Source of the DNA: Planctomycetes bacterium UBA1146
Lineage (GTDB): Bacteria > Planctomycetota > UBA8108 > UBA1146
DNA length: 47,734 nucleotides
Assembly: GCA_963854815.1 (NCBI GenBank)
Contig: CAWLAN010000001.1
Coordinates: 1 to 47,734 of the forward strand
Direction of reading: 5' to 3'
The notes beneath the pieces are model-generated. The model saw only the letters and a program-made list of their open reading frames with translations. It searched no databases and was not told the DNA's origin. The translations under genes were made by a program, and so were the position numbers. This document shows, one piece after another, positions 17,673 to 26,558 of this stretch (the first letter of the stretch is position 1; each line of letters starts with the position of its first letter).

Positions 17673-20600
17673 CTATGGACACGGCGGGAAGGAAGCGCAG
17701 TCGAGCGCGGAGCCCGCTGGATCCTGTCCACAAGCAGAGAAGGGATCTTCAGGTGGCAGTCCACCCGCGAAGAGATACGAAAGTACGAAAATGGTGTCTG
17801 CAATGTTGATCAAATCATCGTTGTTGGCGTCGACAGAGGCTTCGCAAGGAACACCGCCATCGCCGAACAAATACTCGAGACTGGAAACCGCATCGCTGAT
17901 GTCATGTTGTCCGTCAGCATTGATATCGCCACGCACCCAATCCTGGACAAAGCACTCATCCGGTACTCCGTCACTGTTATTGTCGGGGCTGGTACCGTTA
18001 GCGATGTCACAGGAATCAGGAACCGAGTTGGCATTGCAGTCGATGGCAGTCCCCTCAGCAATATCGCAGAGATCGAGCGTTCCGCTCGTATCGCAATCGC
18101 TGGAAGGATCATCATTTATCTGGCAGACATCGAGTTGACCATCGAGATCACAGTCATCTGCTCCGGCGAGGAGATCACAAAAGTCGTCTTGCCCGTTGCC
18201 ATCGCAATCAGTACCCGCTGTCTGGTCCACATCGCAATTGTTGGGAATGCCATCTCCGTCGAGGTCGTCATCACAATCATCGATGGTGCCATCGGCATCG
18301 GTATCGGGCTCACAGGAATCAGGGATCCCATCCTGGTCGCAGTCGGGATCCCCGGTGGCGACATCGCAAATGTCTGGAATGCCATTTGCGTTGCAGTCCG
18401 GCACGGAACCATCGGCAGTGGAGCACTCGTCGGGAACCCCATCGATGTCGCAATCGATACTGGTCCCATTTGCGATGTCATCGGCATCAGGGATTCCGTT
18501 GGTGTTGCAGTCCGGCACCGAACAGTTGACATCCTCGAGGCGAAAATCATCGATAGCGGCTTCGATGATCGAACCGCCTCCCAGATCGCTTGCAATGAAG
18601 CGAACCTGTACGCTACTCGAGAGCAACACGAAATCAGAGACGAGGAAACTGTGCTCGATCCAACCTCCAGAGGTTCCTGCACCGGCCGGCCCGATCGTCT
18701 CGACATCGACCCACGATGACCCGTCATCAGAGATCTCTATCTCAAAGATGTCCGCATTCTCCGAACCACCCGTATCGTTGGAGTACCAGCGGAAGTAACT
18801 GATCTGTGGAGTGGAAGAACCGGACAGATCCATCACCGCTGAATAGAGTGTCGTGGATCCCCCATCGACGTCATTTTCGCCATTACTTCCACCGGCACTA
18901 CCCTGACCGGTGAACCAGCACTGGGTACCAGCCACTGTGTTGTCATCATCAGGCTGAGCATTGGTCCCGAGTGGATCTCCACGAACCCAGGTCCCGGTGG
19001 TTGCATCGTTGGGGCTTCCCACTGTCCAGCCCGCAGACTGTTCAAAATCGGTATCCTCTGTGTTGATTCCGAAGGCACTCAATCCTGGTGCCGGTCCGGA
19101 TTCTGGGTAAGAAACCAGTTGCCCGGAAGTACTCTGAGCCTCGATCCACCAGCCGAACTCACTGCCACAGGTAATGGGGGGGAAAGTCATCTCGTAATTG
19201 ACTCCACCGAGGAAGCTCAGCGCAATCGTCTCGATACCGGTACCCGTATCGACCATGAGCGACTCGGTTCCGGCCTGAACGCTCGAACCAGCAACGGGGG
19301 TAATGGTGACATCGAAGGTATCGCCACCGAGTGGGTCGAAGAGCGTAGGATCTCCGCCGAGAACCGCAATGTCGAGAGCGGCGGTTACGGTGACACTGCA
19401 ACTGACCGGGCCGGAGGGCACTCCTGCCTGAGTCCCATTGACTGCGTAACTATGAGCACCCGGGGCAGGACTTGCATCGGTCCAGGATGTAGAAGAACCG
19501 GCGATGGTCGCAACCAAAGAGCCGTCACGAGTGATTTCGATGGCGTCGTAGACCTCACCATTGGTCCAACCCAGATCGACTTGCTCTCCTACCTGAGCGC
19601 ACGAAAGATTCGAAACACCCGGGAGGAAATTACCACTAGGCGCTAACACGCTGATACTGACCGAATCTGGCTGACCGGCGACCGGCTTGAAAAGTCCGAG
19701 GGTGGCGGTGTTCGGATCAGGAGGTGCATTACAGGTGAAGTAGAAGTTGTACATCGTCGACCAGCGCAGAGCATTGGCATCCTCGTTCGCAGCGAAAGAT
19801 TCCGTGGCCCAGGTGATCCCGACCCCCGGAACTTCGGTGACCTGCCAGTCCTCACCGGAATGTGGCTCACCACTGTGCCAGGTGATGTCATGGAAACCAT
19901 GACTGAGGATGGTTGCACCGGCTGGAAAAGGCACCATGAAACTGTTGGCGGACCGATCCGAGTACATGTTGTAGACCGCGTACTCGTAGTTCCAGGTACC
20001 GTCACCATTGTCGGTCACATCGTAGCCGACGATGAAGAGGCCCTCGTTGGGAATCTCTACATCGATGAGGGTGACACTCGGCTGGAAGTCCTGCCACGCC
20101 TGGATCGGGGGAGACATCATCTCGGTGCCTCCGACGAAACTGAGGCTGTGACTACCCGTCTGAGAAACGGTGACACGTCGGTAGGAGGCATTGTTGGCCT
20201 GGTTTCCGAAACTCGCATCATCGAGAGCCACGTACTGGCCACTGACGAAGTAGAGCGCACCCGGGAAATTTCCCGTGGTGAGATCATCGCCTTTTACCTG
20301 CATTCTTCTTCCAACCGTACCCTGGCCGCCCGGGATCGGCGGTGCCGAATACGGATAGGGGAAAAGGCCGGTGAAAGCGTTGACCTGGGAACGAGGACCG
20401 AGATTACCCTGGTTGCCGTTGAGTCCTGCAGAGTACGGGTCCGCACAACCCGGGGTAAGAAAACTGAGGCATCCACCTCCACCATTACAACCGCTGCAGA
20501 GACCGGTGTTCTGCAGGGCGCAGAAGCCGTGTTTCAACCACGACGCTCCGATCTGGGTGAAGCGCCCATCATGCAATCGCCACATATCCTGGGCGATCAC

Positions 20601-20849
20601 CGGATGCTCGTTGTTATTGGCTACCCACGACAGATTCGCATCACCAATGTTGCACGAGGTGGTGGCCACCGAGTAGGCGAAGATCGACTCCCCCGCGATG
20701 GTGTTGGAACCGTACGCATTGGTCGCGGGTAGATCTCCGACGATCACATCGGGCCCGATCTGAGCCTCGAGCTGGGTTGAGAACCCAAAGATCATCGACA
20801 ACGCCACAACGAAAAATGCAGCCTGAAGAATGTATGAAAATCGCATCAT
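17673..20849 (-). CDS. giant secreted protein with an N-terminal domain of unknown function, an FN3-like module, a MAM/jelly-roll-like domain, Cys/Asp (thrombospondin type-3-like) repeats and a C-terminal double dockerin-like module
   Basis: ATG 20849 lies after GGAGGA (MMRFSYILQAAFFVVALSMIFGFSTQLEAQ, a signal peptide). About 14 repeats of the form DC(N/D).NGIPD.CDIA.G. C-terminus: VRGDINADGQHDISDAVSSLEYLFGDGG...DANNDDLINIADTIFVLSYLFAGG...CASFPPCP. Confidence 0.85.
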   Translation of the reverse strand: MMRFSYILQAAFFVVALSMIFGFSTQLEAQIGPDVIVGDLPATNAYGSNTIAGESIFAYSVATTSCNIGDANLSWVANNNEHPVIAQDMWRLHDGRFTQIGASWLKHGFCALQNTGLCSGCNGGGGCLSFLTPGCADPYSAGLNGNQGNLGPRSQVNAFTGLFPYPYSAPPIPGGQGTVGRRMQVKGDDLTTGNFPGALYFVSGQYVALDDASFGNQANNASYRRVTVSQTGSHSLSFVGGTEMMSPPIQAWQDFQPSVTLIDVEIPNEGLFIVGYDVTDNGDGTWNYEYAVYNMYSDRSANSFMVPFPAGATILSHGFHDITWHSGEPHSGEDWQVTEVPGVGITWATESFAANEDANALRWSTMYNFYFTCNAPPDPNTATLGLFKPVAGQPDSVSISVLAPSGNFLPGVSNLSCAQVGEQVDLGWTNGEVYDAIEITRDGSLVATIAGSSTSWTDASPAPGAHSYAVNGTQAGVPSGPVSCSVTVTAALDIAVLGGDPTLFDPLGGDTFDVTITPVAGSSVQAGTESLMVDTGTGIETIALSFLGGVNYEMTFPPITCGSEFGWWIEAQSTSGQLVSYPESGPAPGLSAFGINTEDTDFEQSAGWTVGSPNDATTGTWVRGDPLGTNAQPDDDNTVAGTQCWFTGQGSAGGSNGENDVDGGSTTLYSAVMDLSGSSTPQISYFRWYSNDTGGSENADIFEIEISDDGSSWVDVETIGPAGAGTSGGWIEHSFLVSDFVLLSSSVQVRFIASDLGGGSIIEAAIDDFRLEDVNCSVPDCNTNGIPDADDIANGTSIDCDIDGVPDECSTADGSVPDCNANGIPDICDVATGDPDCDQDGIPDSCEPDTDADGTIDDCDDDLDGDGIPNNCDVDQTAGTDCDGNGQDDFCDLLAGADDCDLDGQLDVCQINDDPSSDCDTSGTLDLCDIAEGTAIDCNANSVPDSCDIANGTSPDNNSDGVPDECFVQDWVRGDINADGQHDISDAVSSLEYLFGDGGVPCEASVDANNDDLINIADTIFVLSYLFAGGLPPEDPFSACGQDPAGSALDCASFPPCP

Positions 20850-21192
20850 TTTCCTCCTGGGGAACCAACGTGCTTGACAGAGCCCATCAACCAACTCGAT
20901 TGAGATAAGGGCGGACCCACGGCACACAACTCCGGACGAACAATTCTACCCGGTACACACATCCCCGATCTTATCACTGCTGTGAGTCGGCAAAAACCGA
21001 CTATCGGGCTCTCCAGGACAGGAATCGGGGCGTCTGTGCCGCTGCTGCGGGGTCATTCGAGGTGTTCGGCACTGCTCGGAGGTGCTCCCAGCAGTCCTTT
21101 GACACCGAAGTTGTCGCTGAGATGTCGAATCTTCAGGATCAGAGGGGAGGAAAAAGAGCGGCCGACGTCAACCGTCGACCGCTCCAGATAGC

Positions 21193-21268
21193 TGGTAGCG
21201 GGGGCAGGACTCGAACCTGCGACCTTCGGGTTATGAGCCCGACGAGCTGCCAACTGCTCCACCCCGCG
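21193..21268 (-). tRNA. initiator tRNA-Met (CAU)
   Basis: The minus strand is CGCGGGG-TG-GAGC-AGTTGGCA-GCTC-G-TCGGG-CTCATAA-CCCGA-AGGTC-GCAGG-TTCGAGT-CCTGC-CCCCGCT-A-CCA. It has a CAU anticodon, three consecutive G:C pairs closing the anticodon stem, an unpaired 1:72 position (C:U) and an encoded CCA. Confidence 0.9.
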
Positions 21269-21316
21269 AAAACTACGAAATCGAAGAGCCGAAACTAAGC
21301 AATCCGGCCCACAGCG

Positions 21317-21925
21317 TCAAGTGGACTCTTGCGATCTGCGACGCTGTAAACCGCTGATCATCTCGATCTCGCCAACAGGAATACCGGTCTCAACAGAGAT
21401 CTCCTGTGGAGTTGCTCCATCGGCGATCATTTGCTCTATCTGGGCCTGGGTCGCTATCTCGTGGTCACTGCGACCATCTGCGAGCACGGTTTCACCCACC
21501 GGACCATCCACCTGGCATGGCTCATCGATGATCACGGAATCCCCTCCCGTGGTCACAACTTTTTCGACCTGGAATCGTCTGATCGGCTGCTCGTCAAGTT
21601 CCTCTGTGCTCGCCACAACTTCCGGCACCCCTTTTGCCACGTCGCGGTAATCGCCTTCCGGACTCGAATCGACCTCAACTGTAGCCCCAGGAGTATCGAT
21701 CCCGGATGGAACCGCACGGATGGAGCCAGTGGAAGTGCCGCTAACGGTATTTCCGACCGACTTCTTCCAGATGATCAAGAACGCCAGCACCACCACCAGA
21801 ACCAGGAACCATGGAGGTGAGCCTGCGGCAACCGGCACGATTGCGGCAAAAATCGGTTCCATCTCACCCCCAACTAGAGAAACGTTCCCTGACAGTATTG
21901 CAATCTCCCCCAAGAAATCCCCCAT
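21317..21925 (-). CDS. hypothetical single-pass membrane protein with a C-terminal helix-turn-helix-like segment
   Basis: ATG 21925 lies after AAGGGGGA; an alternative start is ATG 21862. One TM segment (PPWFLVLVVVLAFLIIW). The C-terminus TQAQIEQMIADGATPQEISVETGIPVGEIEMI looks like an HTH. Confidence 0.55.
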   Translation of the reverse strand: MGDFLGEIAILSGNVSLVGGEMEPIFAAIVPVAAGSPPWFLVLVVVLAFLIIWKKSVGNTVSGTSTGSIRAVPSGIDTPGATVEVDSSPEGDYRDVAKGVPEVVASTEELDEQPIRRFQVEKVVTTGGDSVIIDEPCQVDGPVGETVLADGRSDHEIATQAQIEQMIADGATPQEISVETGIPVGEIEMISGLQRRRSQEST

Positions 21926-21958
21926 GCGAATCCCCCTTCAATCCCGATCGAGACCGAC

Positions 21959-23053
21959 TCAATTGATGAAATCGTCGATCAACCCGAGTAACTCCTTCGT
22001 ATCATCGAGGGTCACCGCTCCCATGTGACCGATCCTGAAGGTTTTTTCCTTCAGATGTCCATATCCGTTGGCGAGCAACATATCGTGATGGCGCAGGGTT
22101 TGGTTGAGATCTGCAACGGAAATCCCCCGATTGTTTTCGATACAGGTCAAGGAGACCGATTCGAACCCAGCCTCGGGGAAAAGTTGGAACTGCTTTCTCG
22201 CCCAATCCCTGGTCAACTCCGCTCTTTCCTGGTGTGCCCGGTACCAGTTTGCCTCATCAGCGAGAATCATGGCGAACCGATCCTTGAGAGCTTGCATCAG
22301 TGCGATCGGCGGAGTGTTTGGGGTCTGATTGGTCTTCCAGAACTTGTTCATGGCAAGAACATCGAAATAGGTTCCCCGGTTGTCGATGGTTGCCGCCCGA
22401 TCGTGAGCCCGCTCCGAGACCGCCAGCAGTGCCAGACCGGGAGGTAATGCTAGCGCCTTCTGGCTCCCGGTCACCAGGTAATCGACCGGAGCCATATCCT
22501 CGAGTCGAATCGGGGTAGCTGCAGCACTGGTAACGGCATCGACGAGCAGGAACACATCATCTTGTTGTGCCACAACCTCCGCGATCTCTTCGAGAGGACT
22601 CATCACGCCGGTGCTGGTTTCATTGTGAACAACCGTGACGGCATCAAAGTCTCCGCGTGAGAGTTCCTCACGGACCTGATCGGGCTTGACCGCCTGCCCC
22701 CACGCTAGATCAATCCGGGTCGCATCCTTGCCGTTCGAGACGCAAATCTTGTAGAAACGCTCACTGAAGGCACCGTTGACGAAACAAAGTACCTTTTCAC
22801 GAACACCGTTGCGTACCGCAGCCTCTATCCCTCCGGTACCGGAAGAGCCCAGCACGTAAACCGGATCCTGGGTGTGAAAAAACCTCTGAGCGTCTCGGCG
22901 GAGAACCTCCGCGAGAGCGCTGAATTCCGGTGCCCGATGACCGATCATCGGACGTGTCATCGCATCGAGAATCGACTGCTCTACCTCGACCGGACCGGGG
23001 ATGAAGAGACGCGGCACGTCTCGCTTCACCCGGTGATCATCAATGGCTCTCAT
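21959..23053 (-). CDS. class V aminotransferase (alanine-glyoxylate / serine-pyruvate / phosphoserine aminotransferase family)
   Basis: LFIPGPVEV..MIGHRAPEF...VVHNETSTGV...TGSQKALALPPGLALLAVSERA (PLP-lysine region), 364 aa. Confidence 0.85.
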   Translation of the reverse strand: MRAIDDHRVKRDVPRLFIPGPVEVEQSILDAMTRPMIGHRAPEFSALAEVLRRDAQRFFHTQDPVYVLGSSGTGGIEAAVRNGVREKVLCFVNGAFSERFYKICVSNGKDATRIDLAWGQAVKPDQVREELSRGDFDAVTVVHNETSTGVMSPLEEIAEVVAQQDDVFLLVDAVTSAAATPIRLEDMAPVDYLVTGSQKALALPPGLALLAVSERAHDRAATIDNRGTYFDVLAMNKFWKTNQTPNTPPIALMQALKDRFAMILADEANWYRAHQERAELTRDWARKQFQLFPEAGFESVSLTCIENNRGISVADLNQTLRHHDMLLANGYGHLKEKTFRIGHMGAVTLDDTKELLGLIDDFIN

Positions 23054-24228
23054 CTCTTTTCCTCCTCGTCGATGAATCTAGCGATCAATCCTGTCGATAT
23101 CTTGGGCTCGAAGAAAGTGGTTTTGGTGGGGAAAATCTCACCGGCGAGGACGCGGGTCCAGAACTCATCTCGCCCCACTGGGGAAAGTTGGCAAAATACG
23201 CCCATCTCGCTGTCGTTCAGGATCTTCCTGCCATCCTCTACCTGATCAGGGGTCGCTGCCGTGCCCAGATCCCCGAACTCGTCGATGACCTCCCGAAGAC
23301 GACGGGCCAGGGTCGGTCGGGATGCGTCCTGACGGCAATGCAGATCCACCACCTGCCCACCGGGGATCTCGATGCTCCAGGGGTCTCCATCGCCATCGTC
23401 GAGAACCTCGACGAGACGATCTCTCACCTGCCGGGAGTGGACGTTTCGGCCCGAATCCCAGGTCCAGACCCTGTGGGTGATCCGCATCTTCAATCCCGGT
23501 TGATGAAGATCACAGATGAACGCCAGCAACAGCCGGGCACCCGGAGACTCTGGATCATCACGGAGGGTCAACGCCGTCGTGTACCGGTGGTGGCCATCGG
23601 CCAGCACCGAGGGGATCGGTGCCAATCGAGACTCGATCTGGGCGACCAGTTCCGGATCATCCATCCGGCGCAAACTGTGGACATCCCCCTGCCAGTCCGG
23701 CTTCTCGAACAGTAATTCGCCAGTATCGGGAAAGACACCGATCTCCGAGAGGGTTCTCTCCAGTCCTTCACAGGTCAACAGCACCACGCCGACATCGATG
23801 CCGCTACAGCGTGCCTGCTCGATCAGACGTTCCAGCGTGTGGGGACGAATCTCCTCGTGGCGAAGAACTCCCTCCCCCCACGGCCGAGTCTCGATCGCGC
23901 CGAGGATCCCCGTGAGAATATTCTCTTCTCCCGAATCACCACCATGACTGACCTGGTAGCGGTACAGGCAAGGCTTCTCCTCCCGCAGCAACCTCTCATC
24001 GGCAAGGGCAGATCTCAGCGCTTCCCCGCAACCGCGATAGACCTCCTCATCGAGAGGGGCGTCCGGATTCTCACCGAGAATCCAGCGCACGGCATTGTGG
24101 GGAGAGTGGTCCAGCAACCTTCGATGCAATTGGGGCGTGATCATGTCGTAGGGAGGACAGATCACTTCCCCCGGATCCAACACTTCTGGTCGAACTCGCA
24201 AGGCTCGAATCGCTCTCATTCTAGGCAA
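23050..24228 (-). CDS. DUF1015 family protein
   Basis: VICPPYDMI, RHEEIRPHT, LADGHHRYTTAL and FPTKTTFFEPKISTGL are the characteristic DUF1015 blocks. A 4-nt ATGA overlap links it to the downstream aminotransferase. Confidence 0.8.
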   Translation of the reverse strand: MPRMRAIRALRVRPEVLDPGEVICPPYDMITPQLHRRLLDHSPHNAVRWILGENPDAPLDEEVYRGCGEALRSALADERLLREEKPCLYRYQVSHGGDSGEENILTGILGAIETRPWGEGVLRHEEIRPHTLERLIEQARCSGIDVGVVLLTCEGLERTLSEIGVFPDTGELLFEKPDWQGDVHSLRRMDDPELVAQIESRLAPIPSVLADGHHRYTTALTLRDDPESPGARLLLAFICDLHQPGLKMRITHRVWTWDSGRNVHSRQVRDRLVEVLDDGDGDPWSIEIPGGQVVDLHCRQDASRPTLARRLREVIDEFGDLGTAATPDQVEDGRKILNDSEMGVFCQLSPVGRDEFWTRVLAGEIFPTKTTFFEPKISTGLIARFIDEEEKR

Positions 24229-24231
24229 GAG

Positions 24232-25470
24232 TCAGTCCTCCAGATTCCGGTAACAGATATTGAGTGCCTGTAGTGCATAAGAGGTGGCGAGGACAGGATC
24301 CCCTTCCCACCAGCGGTCGACTTCATTGGACCAGGAACCAGCCGCCGCCTGTCGTTGCAGCAGAGCTCCGGCGATCTCCTCGGCCCAGCGATGTTCCTGT
24401 CCCGAGGAATCTGTGAGGGTCGAGTCACCCAGAACTTCCAGCGCGCGAGCCATCACCGCCAGGTAGTAGTAATAACCCATCTGCCCCCTGGCAGCATTCA
24501 GCGGCGTCGCCATTCCTGGATTCTCATCGACACTCCAGTGTTCACGAATCCAATCGATGGCCGCCACGATTCGTGGATCGTCCCGTTTCAGTCCGGCATA
24601 GATGAGCGATTTCACCGCGGCATAGGTCATCGACCCGTATGAGGAAAAAGACTTGCTCCCATCATCGTTCACCACTGTTGAAGCTTTGGACTCACCGGGA
24701 TGGTAATAAAACCCGCCGTCCTCGGTGGAAACTTGCTTCTTTCCATCGAGTGCGTCATTCGATGATTTTCGATTCTGGCAACGAGAGATGAAGACGCTTG
24801 CCCGACGCCAGACATCCGAATCCTCGGAGAGTCCGGCGGCCCGTAGTGCCTCCAGAGCCAGTTGTGTGTTGCTGAGATCGGGACGTCGATCACTGCCGTA
24901 CCCGATGCCTCCAAAGGAATTGATGTGAGCAATACGATCATATGCAACCGGTTTCGATTGCTCGGAACACTGGATCCCTGCGATGTAATCTCGCATCCGG
25001 GCCACCTCTGCTCGGTATCGAGGTTTGTCTCGACCGGCATCGAGGGCGGTCAGAGCGAGAATCGTGACGGAAGTCTTGTAGTTCATCAGTCCCTGATCGG
25101 GGATATACACGCCCCCGTCTTTTTGTTGATGGGAAAGAAGGTAATGAACCGCTGCAGAGATGAACGGACCATCCTCTTCCCGATAAGCACGTGGACTATC
25201 GATGATGGCATGCAATGCCATCGCCGTGATCCCCGGATCACCAGCAAAGGAACCCCAGGAGCCGTCGGGACGCTGATGGTCGATGATCCAGTTGGCGCCA
25301 CGATCGATCATCTTCTTGATGGCAACTCGATCGAGTTTGCTGACAGGATCCTCGACCTGGTCGTCGGCTCTAGCCTGAGTTGGTAGCGGCGAGAGGCCAG
25401 TTACCCCCAGCAGCAACCAGAGCGCCATCAATAAACAAGCACTGGACGCAGGGCCCACGTTCTTGTTCAT
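24232..25470 (-). CDS. secreted prenyltransferase/squalene-oxidase-repeat (alpha-alpha toroid) protein
   Basis: Signal peptide, then repeated ..HQ..DGSWG / HQQKDGGVY / QRQAAAGSW motifs typical of terpenoid cyclase/prenyltransferase repeats. Confidence 0.7.
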   Translation of the reverse strand: MNKNVGPASSACLLMALWLLLGVTGLSPLPTQARADDQVEDPVSKLDRVAIKKMIDRGANWIIDHQRPDGSWGSFAGDPGITAMALHAIIDSPRAYREEDGPFISAAVHYLLSHQQKDGGVYIPDQGLMNYKTSVTILALTALDAGRDKPRYRAEVARMRDYIAGIQCSEQSKPVAYDRIAHINSFGGIGYGSDRRPDLSNTQLALEALRAAGLSEDSDVWRRASVFISRCQNRKSSNDALDGKKQVSTEDGGFYYHPGESKASTVVNDDGSKSFSSYGSMTYAAVKSLIYAGLKRDDPRIVAAIDWIREHWSVDENPGMATPLNAARGQMGYYYYLAVMARALEVLGDSTLTDSSGQEHRWAEEIAGALLQRQAAAGSWSNEVDRWWEGDPVLATSYALQALNICYRNLED

Positions 25471-26306
25471 CTGTTTCTTCCTTCCCTGGCACCGTTGGTA
25501 CCACCGGAATCGATCTCGGGCTCATTGTCACGAGGCGGCAGTTCCATCCGGATCGCAGATGAATCCACATCTGCGGCAACGGCACGCCGAAACACAACCG
25601 TGACCTCGGGGGGGTCGTCCCTGCGATGATTGGGCAACACCTCCGAATAGGCGAAATAGTCGCCGTCCGGGTACGGTAATGCTAGCGGATTGTCGAGGAT
25701 CGCCCAGGGTCTGTGACACAAAGATATCACCTCACCGGTGACGCGGGCCATGAACTCTTCCGCCGCTACCGTCCCCTCTGGTGCCCCTGGAGGCGGATCC
25801 AGCATGAGAAAATCCGAAGCGGTGAAGGCAAATCCGCATCGACTCATCTCTCGGGCCATCGGGGCGTTGATGATGCACCTTTCTGCGCGAATCGTACGGA
25901 GTCTTTCTCGGCCTTCCGGATCCTGAACCCGGAAACGTAGTGAGACGATGACACGATCCCCCCCGGTGAGAGGTCCGAGATCCATTTCCGATTCGGGACT
26001 CCTGGCTTGCTCGATCCCTAGCATCAGCAACGCTGTTTGCAAATCGGCAGGGTCACAATCGAGGGCGACCAGGGTTTCATGAGGTTTGGTCCCGGGGGTA
26101 CAGACGAGGTACTCGAGGAAGCCACTGACGAGATTGAGATAACCATCCGCCTCGACACTGCGCGAAGATGGGTGATACCGGGCCTTCCCGATCGGGATCG
26201 AATCCTCCGCCGATGGTCGACTACCGGGGAGAACATCCACTGGCATCCCATATAGGGCTGCTGTGATGACGATAAGGAAACAACTGGAAGACATGAAGAA
26301 CTCCAA
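25467..26306 (-). CDS. secreted hypothetical protein (possibly YdjY-like domain)
   Basis: Signal-like N-terminus. The block GFLEYLVCTPGTKPHETLVALDCDPADLQTALLMLG recalls YdjY-type domains, but that recognition is from memory only. A 4-nt overlap links it to the downstream gene. Confidence 0.6.
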   Translation of the reverse strand: MEFFMSSSCFLIVITAALYGMPVDVLPGSRPSAEDSIPIGKARYHPSSRSVEADGYLNLVSGFLEYLVCTPGTKPHETLVALDCDPADLQTALLMLGIEQARSPESEMDLGPLTGGDRVIVSLRFRVQDPEGRERLRTIRAERCIINAPMAREMSRCGFAFTASDFLMLDPPPGAPEGTVAAEEFMARVTGEVISLCHRPWAILDNPLALPYPDGDYFAYSEVLPNHRRDDPPEVTVVFRRAVAADVDSSAIRMELPPRDNEPEIDSGGTNGAREGRNR

Positions 26307-26558
26307 CTGCAGAGATCATCTCATCTGTACCTTGCCTTGTCCAACGGACCGGCAACATCGCAGATGGCACAGATACGGGTCAGATACGTGCTCCTCTGCA
26401 CCCTCTTGACGCTATCGAGGGTGTCCCGGTTCCGTCCCTGCTGCTGCCTGGAGGCTCGCTACCGTACTGACCTTGCAGGATTGTGCCGCTACCGCTAGCC
26501 TTCGACTACAACTCGAAACAGGAACCCCACCTACGCCCCTGTCACGAGCGGAGTTCTT

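Noticed and set aside
17634-20732. Long plus-strand ORFs (361 aa at 17634..18719 and 290 aa at 19860..20732) and an alternative minus-frame ORF (18116..18727)
   Set aside because: All lie inside the 1058-aa minus-strand gene, which has a signal peptide, recognisable domains and a good RBS. The alternatives are repeat-driven shadow frames.
21193-21268. The tRNA genes (here and at 40640..40716) as possible integration sites of genomic islands
   Set aside because: No integrase, no direct repeat of the tRNA 3' end, and no mobile-element genes appear on either side within the window.
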